This document shows positions 37,628-45,615 of a DNA stretch of 64,000 bases, piece by piece; within the stretch, counting starts at the first letter, position 1, and every line of letters starts with the position of its first letter. The position numbers were made by a program, and so were the translations under genes. The stretch is from a virus (lineage: Duplodnaviria; Caudoviricetes). The notes under the pieces were generated by a model, which was not told where the DNA came from, ran no database searches, and saw nothing but the letters and a program-made list of their open reading frames with translations. The stretch lies in the IMG/VR virus record IMGVR_UViG_3300020577_007013, one strand, 5' to 3'.

Positions 37628-38081
37628 CTTTTACCAACTCCATGACTTTATGATGGTAAGAAATTGGAAGAAGCAATTTGTTGATAGGAAAAATCTGAAA
37701 TCCTTGAGACTCAATCTCCTTGTCAAGATTCTTTGCTCCTCTCATATAAGGATCTTTGATAATGGAAGCAACTTTTGTAAAGTCTGTAAAGCTGACATGA
37801 CTGGAAATAAAGATTCCTTCTTTGGTTACTCCCACTGAAGTGACTGAGATTTTGAGAGAAGATCCTAATGTGTCAAATGGTTCGCAGATCACAAGATAGT
37901 TTTTCAATTGTCTGAAGTCTGGATGATTGACAGGTTGATCTGTAAAAGAGTATCTCCCAAAATCAACTGCAAACTCCTTGAATTTATTGTCTGTTTGAAA
38001 TTCTTTGGATTGAAAATGATTCGGGAAAAAATACTTCTCCAGTACTTTTTCAAGAATGTCAAGTACTAGAGTTGGGTTCAT
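37620..38081 (-). CDS. Hypothetical protein with shared C-terminal helix (YHHKVMELV)
   Basis: 153-aa ORF. Confidence 0.65.
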   Translation of the reverse strand: MNPTLVLDILEKVLEKYFFPNHFQSKEFQTDNKFKEFAVDFGRYSFTDQPVNHPDFRQLKNYLVICEPFDTLGSSLKISVTSVGVTKEGIFISSHVSFTDFTKVASIIKDPYMRGAKNLDKEIESQGFQIFPINKLLLPISYHHKVMELVKDA

Positions 38082-38084
38082 TTG

Positions 38085-39098
38085 TTATAGTCTCTTTGTT
38101 CTTTTCTTCTTAAAACAATTTGCATTGTAAAAGTCTGTCATATTCTTTCTCATCCAAGCAGCAGGACTCTGTATTTCGTTATCTAAGACTTTCCTTAATT
38201 TAGGAATCCATCCTAGCTTAGAAAAGTCTATTCCAGAATTTAGAATCTTAGATTCCAGTCTCTTGATTTTTTCATACTTAAGTTTTTTATTCTCTTGTCT
38301 TTTATGTAGTTTTCTTCCTCTACAAGTTCCTAGTCTTTGTTTTTCTATGATCTCCTGAATATCATATTTAATTGACTTTTTTTCTTTCTCTTTTAGAAAA
38401 TTCAAGAACTTTTGAAATTCTTCATTGGGATTTTTATAAAAATTTACTCCAGCAATTCTGTAAATTATCCATCCGTCTGACTCTAACTCTAAGTCTCTTT
38501 TTTCATCATGAAGAATTTGTTTTTCCTTTAAATGCTGTTTTCCGTCCATCTCTAAGTCGATCTTAAATTCTAGAATAGCAAAGTCTAGAAAGTATCTCCC
38601 ACATCTGAATTGAAAGACATGATCTATTTTATTTTGAATAAGAAGAGACTCTAAGATTGATTCCAATCTAGACTTATTATTTATCATTTTCTTAGAATGA
38701 TACCAATTATTTCCTCTCCCTTCTCTATGAGCTTTTTTATGAGACTCTGAGAGTCTTCTTTTTGTCTCGTCACTTTTTGATAATTTTCTAGTAGGATTCT
38801 CTATCCAATTTTTTTTAAGTGACTCACTAAGCTTCTTTTTGATAAGGTCAGATTTCTCTTTTCCGTAAAATTCTTCCATAGAAAGTCCTTTTCTGGACTT
38901 AATCTGAATTCCGAGTCTTTCAAAATATTCTTTTTTTCTCCTTTTAGGAAATTTTCCTTTACAAGACTTTGAATGTATTGCCCTATTATGCTTTATCAGA
39001 AAATTACATTTCAGACATTTCCAATCTTCTGTGTAGAGATGTCTGTATTCGTCTTGTCTTTTTTCTCTTAGTTGTGTCCTTTTATTTCCAGATTGCAT
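38085..39098 (-). CDS. Free-standing homing-type endonuclease (DUF559/Vsr-like nuclease with NUMOD3-like repeats)
   Basis: CLKC..H...C finger, ETKRRLSESHK, YFLDFA..IDLEMDGKQH, DEKRD..L..DGWIIYRI. Confidence 0.8.
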   Translation of the reverse strand: MQSGNKRTQLREKRQDEYRHLYTEDWKCLKCNFLIKHNRAIHSKSCKGKFPKRRKKEYFERLGIQIKSRKGLSMEEFYGKEKSDLIKKKLSESLKKNWIENPTRKLSKSDETKRRLSESHKKAHREGRGNNWYHSKKMINNKSRLESILESLLIQNKIDHVFQFRCGRYFLDFAILEFKIDLEMDGKQHLKEKQILHDEKRDLELESDGWIIYRIAGVNFYKNPNEEFQKFLNFLKEKEKKSIKYDIQEIIEKQRLGTCRGRKLHKRQENKKLKYEKIKRLESKILNSGIDFSKLGWIPKLRKVLDNEIQSPAAWMRKNMTDFYNANCFKKKRTKRL

Positions 39099-39121
39099 TG
39101 TTTATTAAGTTATAGTAGTAT

Positions 39122-39160
39122 AAAACGAGGCCCTAAGATATAGCTTTGTACCAGGGCCTC
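39122..39160 (-). terminator. Intrinsic terminator closing the structured RNA
   Basis: GAGGCCCTGG...CTTAGGGCCTC-GTTTTA. Confidence 0.7.
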
Positions 39161-39602
39161 AACCATTTCCATGGTCATAGGCAATTAATGAGATAACTTT
39201 TCCATTTAACTGTAAGCTAATTTTTATTAGAGACGTCATAGCATTCGACTATTTCGGCCCTCATACAACAATGGGACTTATTGTATCAGGCGCCGAAATT
39301 GGGAGTTCAACCCAAACCTTCTCTTGATTTGTCTTACAGACTCGATTTATCTCTACCTACTATACTAAGATTAGGGTGAATAATCTGAGTTTCATAAAGT
39401 CCATCAACCATTTCTGATTGACGCGTTTACCTTTCGCCATCTCCACGTTCAGAATACCTTTTTCAGATACTCTCAGCGTGGAGACCTCTTTTGACAGAGG
39501 AAGGACTTTTTAATTCAGTCTTATTTTCAATCTTAGTCTGGGCGACGGTTCCTATGAACCGTCTCACCCTTTGCTCAACCTAGATAGCGAATCTAGTTGA
39601 GC
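39122..39602 (-). ncRNA. Large structured ncRNA with two circularly permuted tRNA-like domains
   Basis: Non-coding ~480 nt with many exact stems; T-arm/acceptor/D-arm modules at 39396-39509 and 39229-39324 (see findings). Confidence 0.8.
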
Positions 39603-39610
39603 TAATTTTC

Positions 39611-40339
39611 TCATCCGAAGATGAACTTCATTATGTCATTTCCAATTGTAGATCTTTCAACCTCAACTGAATTTGCTTCCTCTCTCGCAACCTTGACAGC
39701 TTTAGAAAGCTTGTCAATTTTATTTAAGAGGTCATTCTTTCTGTCCTGAGTTGTCGTACCAGAAAAACGAATTGTTGTGAACTGACCGACCACTTCGTCT
39801 CTGTAGAGAATTTCTGATTGTTCAGGATGTTTGTCAGTAGCTTTAGCTTTTGTAAAACTGAAAGGTTGCTTTAACGTTCTGTTTGTGCTTCTACCTTCAG
39901 TTTTGAAAAGACCACCGTCTCCTAAAGTCCATTTTTCAGCAGGATCTTGAACTGGGAATTTGTCGACAAAGGTCTTCAGATCTACCAACTGCTTCTCTAA
40001 GAAGATCAGATGAGTTGCAGGAACATCAGAAGCAATTACAGTACCGTCTACTGTAATGTTAGCTTTCGCTTTACAGTTTCCGTTATCGAGAGTTGCGACA
40101 ATGTTGATCAGATCGACAGTAGAGTCGTATGCATCTTTAATAGATTGCTCTACTGTGTACTGAACGATCTTAGACTCCGGTGGAAGAGTATCTTTCGAGT
40201 CGTCTGCTAAGGGCTTGTAAGTCTTATTGAATCCTTCGAAAAGATCTGATTTTTGGAGTTTGTGATACACCTCAGAGATCTTCGAAGTTCTTCTTGATTT
40301 TTCACCATTTGCAATGGCGATTACTTGTGTTAATTTCAT
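39611..40339 (-). CDS. Conserved hypothetical protein (recalled as DUF7873-like), upstream of the ncRNA
   Basis: KLTQVIA, KTYKP, LPPESKIVQ, VPATHLIFLEKQL, ATDKHPEQ, FSG, AVKVAREEANS; family name from memory. Confidence 0.8.
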   Translation of the reverse strand: MKLTQVIAIANGEKSRRTSKISEVYHKLQKSDLFEGFNKTYKPLADDSKDTLPPESKIVQYTVEQSIKDAYDSTVDLINIVATLDNGNCKAKANITVDGTVIASDVPATHLIFLEKQLVDLKTFVDKFPVQDPAEKWTLGDGGLFKTEGRSTNRTLKQPFSFTKAKATDKHPEQSEILYRDEVVGQFTTIRFSGTTTQDRKNDLLNKIDKLSKAVKVAREEANSVEVERSTIGNDIMKFIFG

Positions 40340-40361
40340 AGTAAATAAATATATTTGACTT

Positions 40362-40574
40362 TCAGATCTCTGAAACTATTTGTCGAATTTTCTCTTTATA
40401 GAGAACTTCGGTGCTCGTCTCTTCCTTAGTTCTGACTATGGTGACTTTAGGCCATTCATAAGAGAGGCTTCCTCTATTGATACTAGAGGCTCCGATTCTG
40501 ACTATTTTCAATACGTTTTCAGGCATTATCTGAAAGTTAGATTTAATGAATTCTTCTGAGAACATATTCCTCAT
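40362..40574 (-). CDS. Small protein, C-terminal helix family
   Basis: Ends YKEKIRQIVSEI. Confidence 0.65.
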   Translation of the reverse strand: MRNMFSEEFIKSNFQIMPENVLKIVRIGASSINRGSLSYEWPKVTIVRTKEETSTEVLYKEKIRQIVSEI

Positions 40575-40711
40575 TTCTCGTCGACTATCTTTTTGATTTT
40601 CTCTTTAAAATCATTTTCTACTTTGCTAGGTTTTTTCTCTTTAGGATCCAGACTATCATTGTCATTAGCCTTAATCCATTTCATAAAGTCTACGAATGTG
40701 TTAAGCCTCAT
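40571..40711 (-). CDS. Small protein, C-terminal helix family (not in ORF track)
   Basis: MRLNTFVDFMKWIKANDNDSLDPKEKKPSKVENDFKEKIKKIVDEK; overlaps both neighbours. Confidence 0.6.
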   Translation of the reverse strand: MRLNTFVDFMKWIKANDNDSLDPKEKKPSKVENDFKEKIKKIVDEK

Positions 40712-40949
40712 TCAAAATTTCTTTGACCTTTTCTTTATAAGTGGATTCTACTGCAGAGACCGAAACCGGAGAAGAATAGACTCTGTCAATGAAGTATATC
40801 GCATCGTCAGGAGCTACCATCGGCCATTCAGTAATCAATGACTTAGCTACTAAATGAGTAGAATAGATTCTACCATTTTTATTTGATTTCTTCAAGAATC
40901 TCCTTGAGTTTGTCACAGTAAACTTTCTTATGAGCTTCTCTTGTGTCAT
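40701..40949 (-). CDS. Small protein, C-terminal helix family
   Basis: Ends YKEKVKEILNEA; start may lie further downstream. Confidence 0.6.
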   Translation of the reverse strand: MTQEKLIRKFTVTNSRRFLKKSNKNGRIYSTHLVAKSLITEWPMVAPDDAIYFIDRVYSSPVSVSAVESTYKEKVKEILNEA

Positions 40950-41082
40950 TTGTAAGAGTGACTTCAGCCATAGTAGTATAAGAGTATCCTATACTATTGA
41001 CTTTTCCCATCTTGACACCTCCGTAGAACATTTCAAATTGTCCTGAACTCAGGTCTAGAAATCCGTGAGAACTACTTGACAA
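40879..41082 (-). CDS. Small protein, C-terminal helix family
   Basis: Ends YCDKLKEILEEIK. Confidence 0.6.
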   Translation of the reverse strand: MSSSSHGFLDLSSGQFEMFYGGVKMGKVNSIGYSYTTMAEVTLTNDTREAHKKVYCDKLKEILEEIK

Positions 41083-41284
41083 TGTCTTCTACCTTCTTTA
41101 CATATTCTTTTTCAAGTTCGGTTTTTTCTTTGATCTCACCTTGAACCCATTCCATAGTATATAGCTCCATGGCTTTCTGAACATGTGGATTATTGAAATA
41201 TAAATATTGGCTCTCTAAAAGTTCAGCGGCTTTTCTAGCTTTACTGTCATCTAGGAAATATTTCTTGATCTTGTCAATCCACAT
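41072..41284 (-). CDS. Small protein, C-terminal helix family
   Basis: Ends YVKKVEDIVK. Confidence 0.65.
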   Translation of the reverse strand: MWIDKIKKYFLDDSKARKAAELLESQYLYFNNPHVQKAMELYTMEWVQGEIKEKTELEKEYVKKVEDIVK

Positions 41285-41522
41285 CTTCGATAATTTTCTC
41301 TATTTCATCCTTGTAGTTAGTTTTCATTTTTGGATCTAACTTAACTCTTGGTTGTGGATATTGTCTCATGAATCCTGTGCAATCTATCCAGTCATCGAAG
41401 ATAAGTTGCATCTCAGATCTAGTGACTCCACCAAAGTCCATGCTATTATTGATCGAGACTATTCCACCGATCTTTCGACCATTCTGATCGAACACTCCTC
41501 CATCTCTGAGTTCAATTATCAT
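41274..41522 (-). CDS. Small protein, C-terminal helix family
   Basis: Ends YKDEIEKIIEDVD. Confidence 0.65.
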   Translation of the reverse strand: MIIELRDGGVFDQNGRKIGGIVSINNSMDFGGVTRSEMQLIFDDWIDCTGFMRQYPQPRVKLDPKMKTNYKDEIEKIIEDVD

Positions 41523-41685
41523 CTAACATGTCCAAAAGCTTTTGCTTCTGTTCTTCTTCTTGAAGTTTTCTATTGAGTCGCTTTAGATTTTTGACTTCAT
41601 CCATTTGATGAATCAGCTCATTGACCTTTTCTAAATAGTCGGAGTCGCCTTCATTGTCAGACTTTGAGAATTTACTTGTCCTCAT
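41512..41685 (-). CDS. Small protein with internal helix motif (not in ORF track)
   Basis: MRTSKFSKSDNEGDSDYLEKVNELIHQMDEVKNLKRLNRKLQEEEQKQKLLDMLDDN. Confidence 0.55.
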   Translation of the reverse strand: MRTSKFSKSDNEGDSDYLEKVNELIHQMDEVKNLKRLNRKLQEEEQKQKLLDMLDDN

Positions 41686-42163
41686 AGGTCTCTTCTGTGT
41701 CGATTTTTAGTTCAGTCATTCCACTAGGCTTTCCATCTAACATCATTGTTGGAGGACTTATAAAAGGTAGCTGAGTTATTGGAAGATAAGGTGCATGAAT
41801 GTAGCCTTCAGTTAATTCAGAAAGTTCCATGACTTCAGGCTCTTTCTTTTTATTCTTGAAATTTGACATAAGAGCTTTGACATCCAGCTCTCCGTCTTTA
41901 TTGAAAATTTCTTTCTTTTTGTATTCTCTCTTAAAGAGATCTTTGAATTTTTCCCAAAGAGACTTTTTACGTGGAGAGTAATGCTTAAGTTTTCCGTACA
42001 TTCTGAAGAAGTCATCAGTCATTAATTCTTCATGAGTCTTCTCTTTTCTTTTCCAGAGTTTTTTCTGGAGTTTTTTCCAAAAAGACTTAGGCTTAGGTTC
42101 TACATACTGAAGACCAGGTTCTCCTAAATCTATGTAAGCTTTTATTTTCGAAATTTCAGACAC
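41672..42163 (-). CDS. Hypothetical protein with GYIHAPYLP motif
   Basis: 163-aa ORF; repeated KSFWKKL/KSLWEKF. Confidence 0.65.
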   Translation of the reverse strand: MSEISKIKAYIDLGEPGLQYVEPKPKSFWKKLQKKLWKRKEKTHEELMTDDFFRMYGKLKHYSPRKKSLWEKFKDLFKREYKKKEIFNKDGELDVKALMSNFKNKKKEPEVMELSELTEGYIHAPYLPITQLPFISPPTMMLDGKPSGMTELKIDTEETYEDK

Positions 42164-42396
42164 TAAAAAAGATCCTTGATTTTTTGCTTGTACGAAGTCA
42201 ACAATTCAGTTGGATTATAATAGAGAGGCATTGATAGATTTTTAAGCCACTCAATTACTCTCTTGTCTCTTTCTCTTTGTCTAAGCTTATGTTCTTCAGC
42301 TATAGCATTTACGAGCATAAGCTCTATGTCTCCTATCTTAGAGAATGGACTTGAGTCTACCAACATAGTCATCCTTAACTTTACTTTTTCTTTCAT
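42163..42396 (-). CDS. Small protein, C-terminal helix family
   Basis: Ends YKQKIKDLF. Confidence 0.6.
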   Translation of the reverse strand: MKEKVKLRMTMLVDSSPFSKIGDIELMLVNAIAEEHKLRQRERDKRVIEWLKNLSMPLYYNPTELLTSYKQKIKDLF

Positions 42397-42545
42397 CTTC
42401 TACTACAGTTACAAAGCCATAGCCGATAGGGTCTTCATCAAAGAAATTCTTAGGAACTCCGGTAACTTTTGCTACCAGGTCGTAGAGTTCTCTGATCTTC
42501 TCATCTGTAAGTGATTCGTCTTTATTCAAATGATTGACCTGAAAG
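42338..42545 (-). CDS. Small protein, C-terminal helix family (start uncertain)
   Basis: Ends YVGRLKSIL; the ORF-track 5' extension overlaps the vWA gene. Confidence 0.5.
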
Positions 42546-43935
42546 CTAACTTCGCTTGTGAAAGATCTTCGATATTTCCTGTATCCATGAAAGACAAAGA
42601 CTCTGAAAGTTTGTTGCAATTTTCAATGTTACCCATATCTTCCAAGAATACGAAGTGGAATTTCTTTCCTTGTACTCTATGCTTAATAAGTTCATTCATG
42701 GTAGGGATTCTGATATCCTCTGTACCGTCTGTTACCATAATGATGTCCGACTTATCAAGACCGTCTACTTCATTCTTGTCAATGTCCTTCACAGCATAAG
42801 TGAGAGCCATGTCCATGTCAGTACCACCATCTGGATGTGTATTGAGAATGAAGTCAAGAAATGTATTCCAATGAGCTCTTCCTTTTAGAACGAACAAGCT
42901 TCCTAAACGTCCTTCAAACCATCTGCAATAGAATGTCGTTCCGTCTTTCATGGCTTTCTTCGCTAAAGCGATTGCCACTGCTTTAATGAACATTTGACGA
43001 TTGTTTTCATGAGTGGATCCTGAACGATCTAACAAAGCATAGAGACATTGTTTAAGATCTTTTCTCTCTTTGTATTTCATGACTCTCAATGATTTGGTCA
43101 TGATCTTACGGTCAAGAACATCATCAATTGTAACTTCGAACTTGACTGCCTTGCTTACATCGTTCATTTTCTTCATCTTAGAATAGTGAAGATTGGAAGA
43201 AATGTTTTCAGTCTCGTAGAGTTTTCCTCTCTTCGATTGACTGAAGAATGATGTCTCCAGATTTTTAGCGATCTCAAAAATGGAAGCATTTTCATTAGAG
43301 AGAAGTTGCTGAACCATTTGCTTGATCTTGAGCTTCTTGTCCAAGATCTCTTTATAGGTCCTATCAAAGTGACCCATATCTTTTGTTGAACCTGTATTTT
43401 CGGTTTTACCGTCATCTTCAGGAACATCGTATGAGTAGTTCATTATGTGCTCGAATAAGAATCCGAATGAAGAGAAGATCTTGGATACATTTTGTCCAGT
43501 TGATCCTCCACCCATACCACCGTTAGGCTGACGACCAGCTTTTTGATTTTCAATGATAGCTGAGAAGATCTGACAAACGAAGTCAAATTTCTCCTCTAAA
43601 GATAGAGACTTGGATTCAATGTACTGCTCAACAATATCAGACTCAGCAAAATGAATAATGTCCATTTTGAGTTTGAACATCTGAGCTTCAGTGTGCTCAA
43701 TATTATTGACTTCACCTTTTTTGTATCTGTCGATCGCATTTCTTGAAATCTCCAGATCTGATGACATATACTTGAAACAATTTGTCTTCCCTTGAGCTAT
43801 GAGACAAAGTGTATCTTCAAGAACCTCTTTTGGAAGTGCTGAAAGAGAAGGGTACTTAGCGTACCCCTTGTTCACCATGTCGGTATAGAATGTAGGGAGA
43901 TCTATCTTTATGAATCTCATTTTACTTCTTATCAT
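42526..43935 (-). CDS. vWA domain protein, ViaA-like
   Basis: LLDRSGST, GGTDMDMAL, DIIMVTDG; directly downstream of a MoxR ATPase. Confidence 0.85.
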   Translation of the reverse strand: MIRSKMRFIKIDLPTFYTDMVNKGYAKYPSLSALPKEVLEDTLCLIAQGKTNCFKYMSSDLEISRNAIDRYKKGEVNNIEHTEAQMFKLKMDIIHFAESDIVEQYIESKSLSLEEKFDFVCQIFSAIIENQKAGRQPNGGMGGGSTGQNVSKIFSSFGFLFEHIMNYSYDVPEDDGKTENTGSTKDMGHFDRTYKEILDKKLKIKQMVQQLLSNENASIFEIAKNLETSFFSQSKRGKLYETENISSNLHYSKMKKMNDVSKAVKFEVTIDDVLDRKIMTKSLRVMKYKERKDLKQCLYALLDRSGSTHENNRQMFIKAVAIALAKKAMKDGTTFYCRWFEGRLGSLFVLKGRAHWNTFLDFILNTHPDGGTDMDMALTYAVKDIDKNEVDGLDKSDIIMVTDGTEDIRIPTMNELIKHRVQGKKFHFVFLEDMGNIENCNKLSESLSFMDTGNIEDLSQAKLAFRSII

Positions 43936-45094
43936 CCATTGGGAAGATCTCGTCTTCTGAAAGTCCAGATTGTGAGACCTTATCTTCGATCAATTTCTTA
44001 AGATCTTTTGCTTTCTCAAGAACTGATTTTTGGCAATTAGCTTGAGTCCATTCAGAGATTTTATCTTTGATATGTGAAGCGAGAGCTGCAAGCATTCTTG
44101 TTCTCTCAAGCTTATCATCATATTTGAGAATCTTAGTGTGAAGAGCTTTCTCAAATTTCATGAGCTCCATTCCCATTGCCATTGATTTTTCTGATTTGTC
44201 AAAGACAGCATCGAATTTGTCTGAGTTCTTGATGTCTCCACCATTCACAAGTGCATATTTAATGCTCTTGAGATTCTCAACTTCAATTGTCTCTTGACCT
44301 TTGAGGAATGCATCAGCTTTAGCGACAAGCAACATTTTATTTTTCTTTCTCGGACTGATACCGATACTTGTCTGCTGTGTGTACTCATCAAGAATTGCAT
44401 CGAACATGATGAGAAGCATATCAGAGAATTGAGGCTTGTATTTCTCAAATTCTTCGTGAAGAATCTTCAGATCATGGAAAGCAAATTTCGGATATTCTTC
44501 GTCAGAGATTCCTCTTAAGAAGTTGGAGAACATTTTGATTCTGCTTTCTTGTTTTACCAAGTCAGCAACTTCAGATGTGAAGAGAATACGATCATAAACA
44601 GCTCGAAGTTCTTTCTCCTCCTCTCTCTCTTGATTCGTTGTCATGATAGCTGTGAGTAGCTTTGCTGGAATTGTTCTGCTCTGTCTCGTAGATGATCTCT
44701 CGTTCAAGATCTCATTTGCAGAAACGAGAAGCTCTTCAGAAGCATTAAAGAATTCGTCCAATCTCGCAAAGTCTGTTGTGAGAAGTGAACCTTCAATGTT
44801 ATGAACGATGTTACCTTTCTTGAATTCCTCAATTGACTGAGGACCCATGATGTATTGGTCGTCCATGAATCTTGTGAACTGTTGTTCAAAGACTGTAGCT
44901 CCTGTAAAGCCTTTAAGAATCTTCTGACTTAGAAGTGTCTTCGCTGTACCTGGAAGTCCTTTTAGAAGCACATGCTCCTTAATGAGAATTGCCAATTTTA
45001 TTTGGTTTGTCTCATACTCTCTTTCAGAGAAAAAGTCCTCCATCTTTTTGAAATAATCTTGATAGTCTTGTTTAAGTTTTTTTACTTCCTTCAC
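43922..45094 (-). CDS. MoxR/RavA-family AAA+ ATPase
   Basis: EHVLLKGLPGTAKT, LDEFFNA, NEILNER, AVYDRI, ISPRK. Confidence 0.9.
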   Translation of the reverse strand: MKEVKKLKQDYQDYFKKMEDFFSEREYETNQIKLAILIKEHVLLKGLPGTAKTLLSQKILKGFTGATVFEQQFTRFMDDQYIMGPQSIEEFKKGNIVHNIEGSLLTTDFARLDEFFNASEELLVSANEILNERSSTRQSRTIPAKLLTAIMTTNQEREEEKELRAVYDRILFTSEVADLVKQESRIKMFSNFLRGISDEEYPKFAFHDLKILHEEFEKYKPQFSDMLLIMFDAILDEYTQQTSIGISPRKKNKMLLVAKADAFLKGQETIEVENLKSIKYALVNGGDIKNSDKFDAVFDKSEKSMAMGMELMKFEKALHTKILKYDDKLERTRMLAALASHIKDKISEWTQANCQKSVLEKAKDLKKLIEDKVSQSGLSEDEIFPMDDKK

Positions 45095-45114
45095 TGTGAT
45101 CTCCTTGTGTTTAT

Positions 45115-45615
45115 TTATATAACGTCTTCTAGAATCGACAACAAAAGCTTGCTGTCTTCTCTCTTTTGTTGTTTATAGTGTTCGATGAACTTCGAACCTT
45201 CTTCAAATTCGTTAATGTATCTTCTCATATAGTCTGATTTTCCATGAGAAACTATGTATTCATCATAGAATTCTCTCGTATTTATAATGTCAAGAGAATC
45301 TGTAGGAATTGGAAGCAAGCCATACACAATGTATTCACTTTTTGCTTTTCTATTGTCTTCAACTGGGCAGTTTGTCTGAAACAAATAATTGAGTCCTTCT
45401 GCTCTAGAAGGAACTAAAGTCTGAAAATATTCTATATTGCTTCTAGAGTAAGTCTGACAGAAAGCTGTAGAGCTTAAATCATTGTGATGAAAGTTCCTAA
45501 CATAGAATTCATCTGTAGGAAGCTCTAGATCTCTGACCATTGTCCTCACATATTCGTAATGTGAATGTGTGAGAAAGTTTTTGCCCACACCTAGAAATAA
45601 TTTCTCTAGTGTCAT
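45115..45615 (-). CDS. Hypothetical protein
   Basis: 166-aa ORF. Confidence 0.65.
   Translation of the reverse strand: MTLEKLFLGVGKNFLTHSHYEYVRTMVRDLELPTDEFYVRNFHHNDLSSTAFCQTYSRSNIEYFQTLVPSRAEGLNYLFQTNCPVEDNRKAKSEYIVYGLLPIPTDSLDIINTREFYDEYIVSHGKSDYMRRYINEFEEGSKFIEHYKQQKREDSKLLLSILEDVI

Noticed and set aside
39229-39509. Calling the two tRNA-like modules ordinary tRNA genes or pseudogenes
   Set aside because: Arm order is permuted (T-arm precedes D-arm), acceptor ends are sealed by hairpins, and there is no 7-nt anticodon loop or CCA
39122-39602. Group I intron or tmRNA interpretation
   Set aside because: No interrupted gene and no recognisable P7 core; no tmRNA GGGG...CCA ends or tag reading frame
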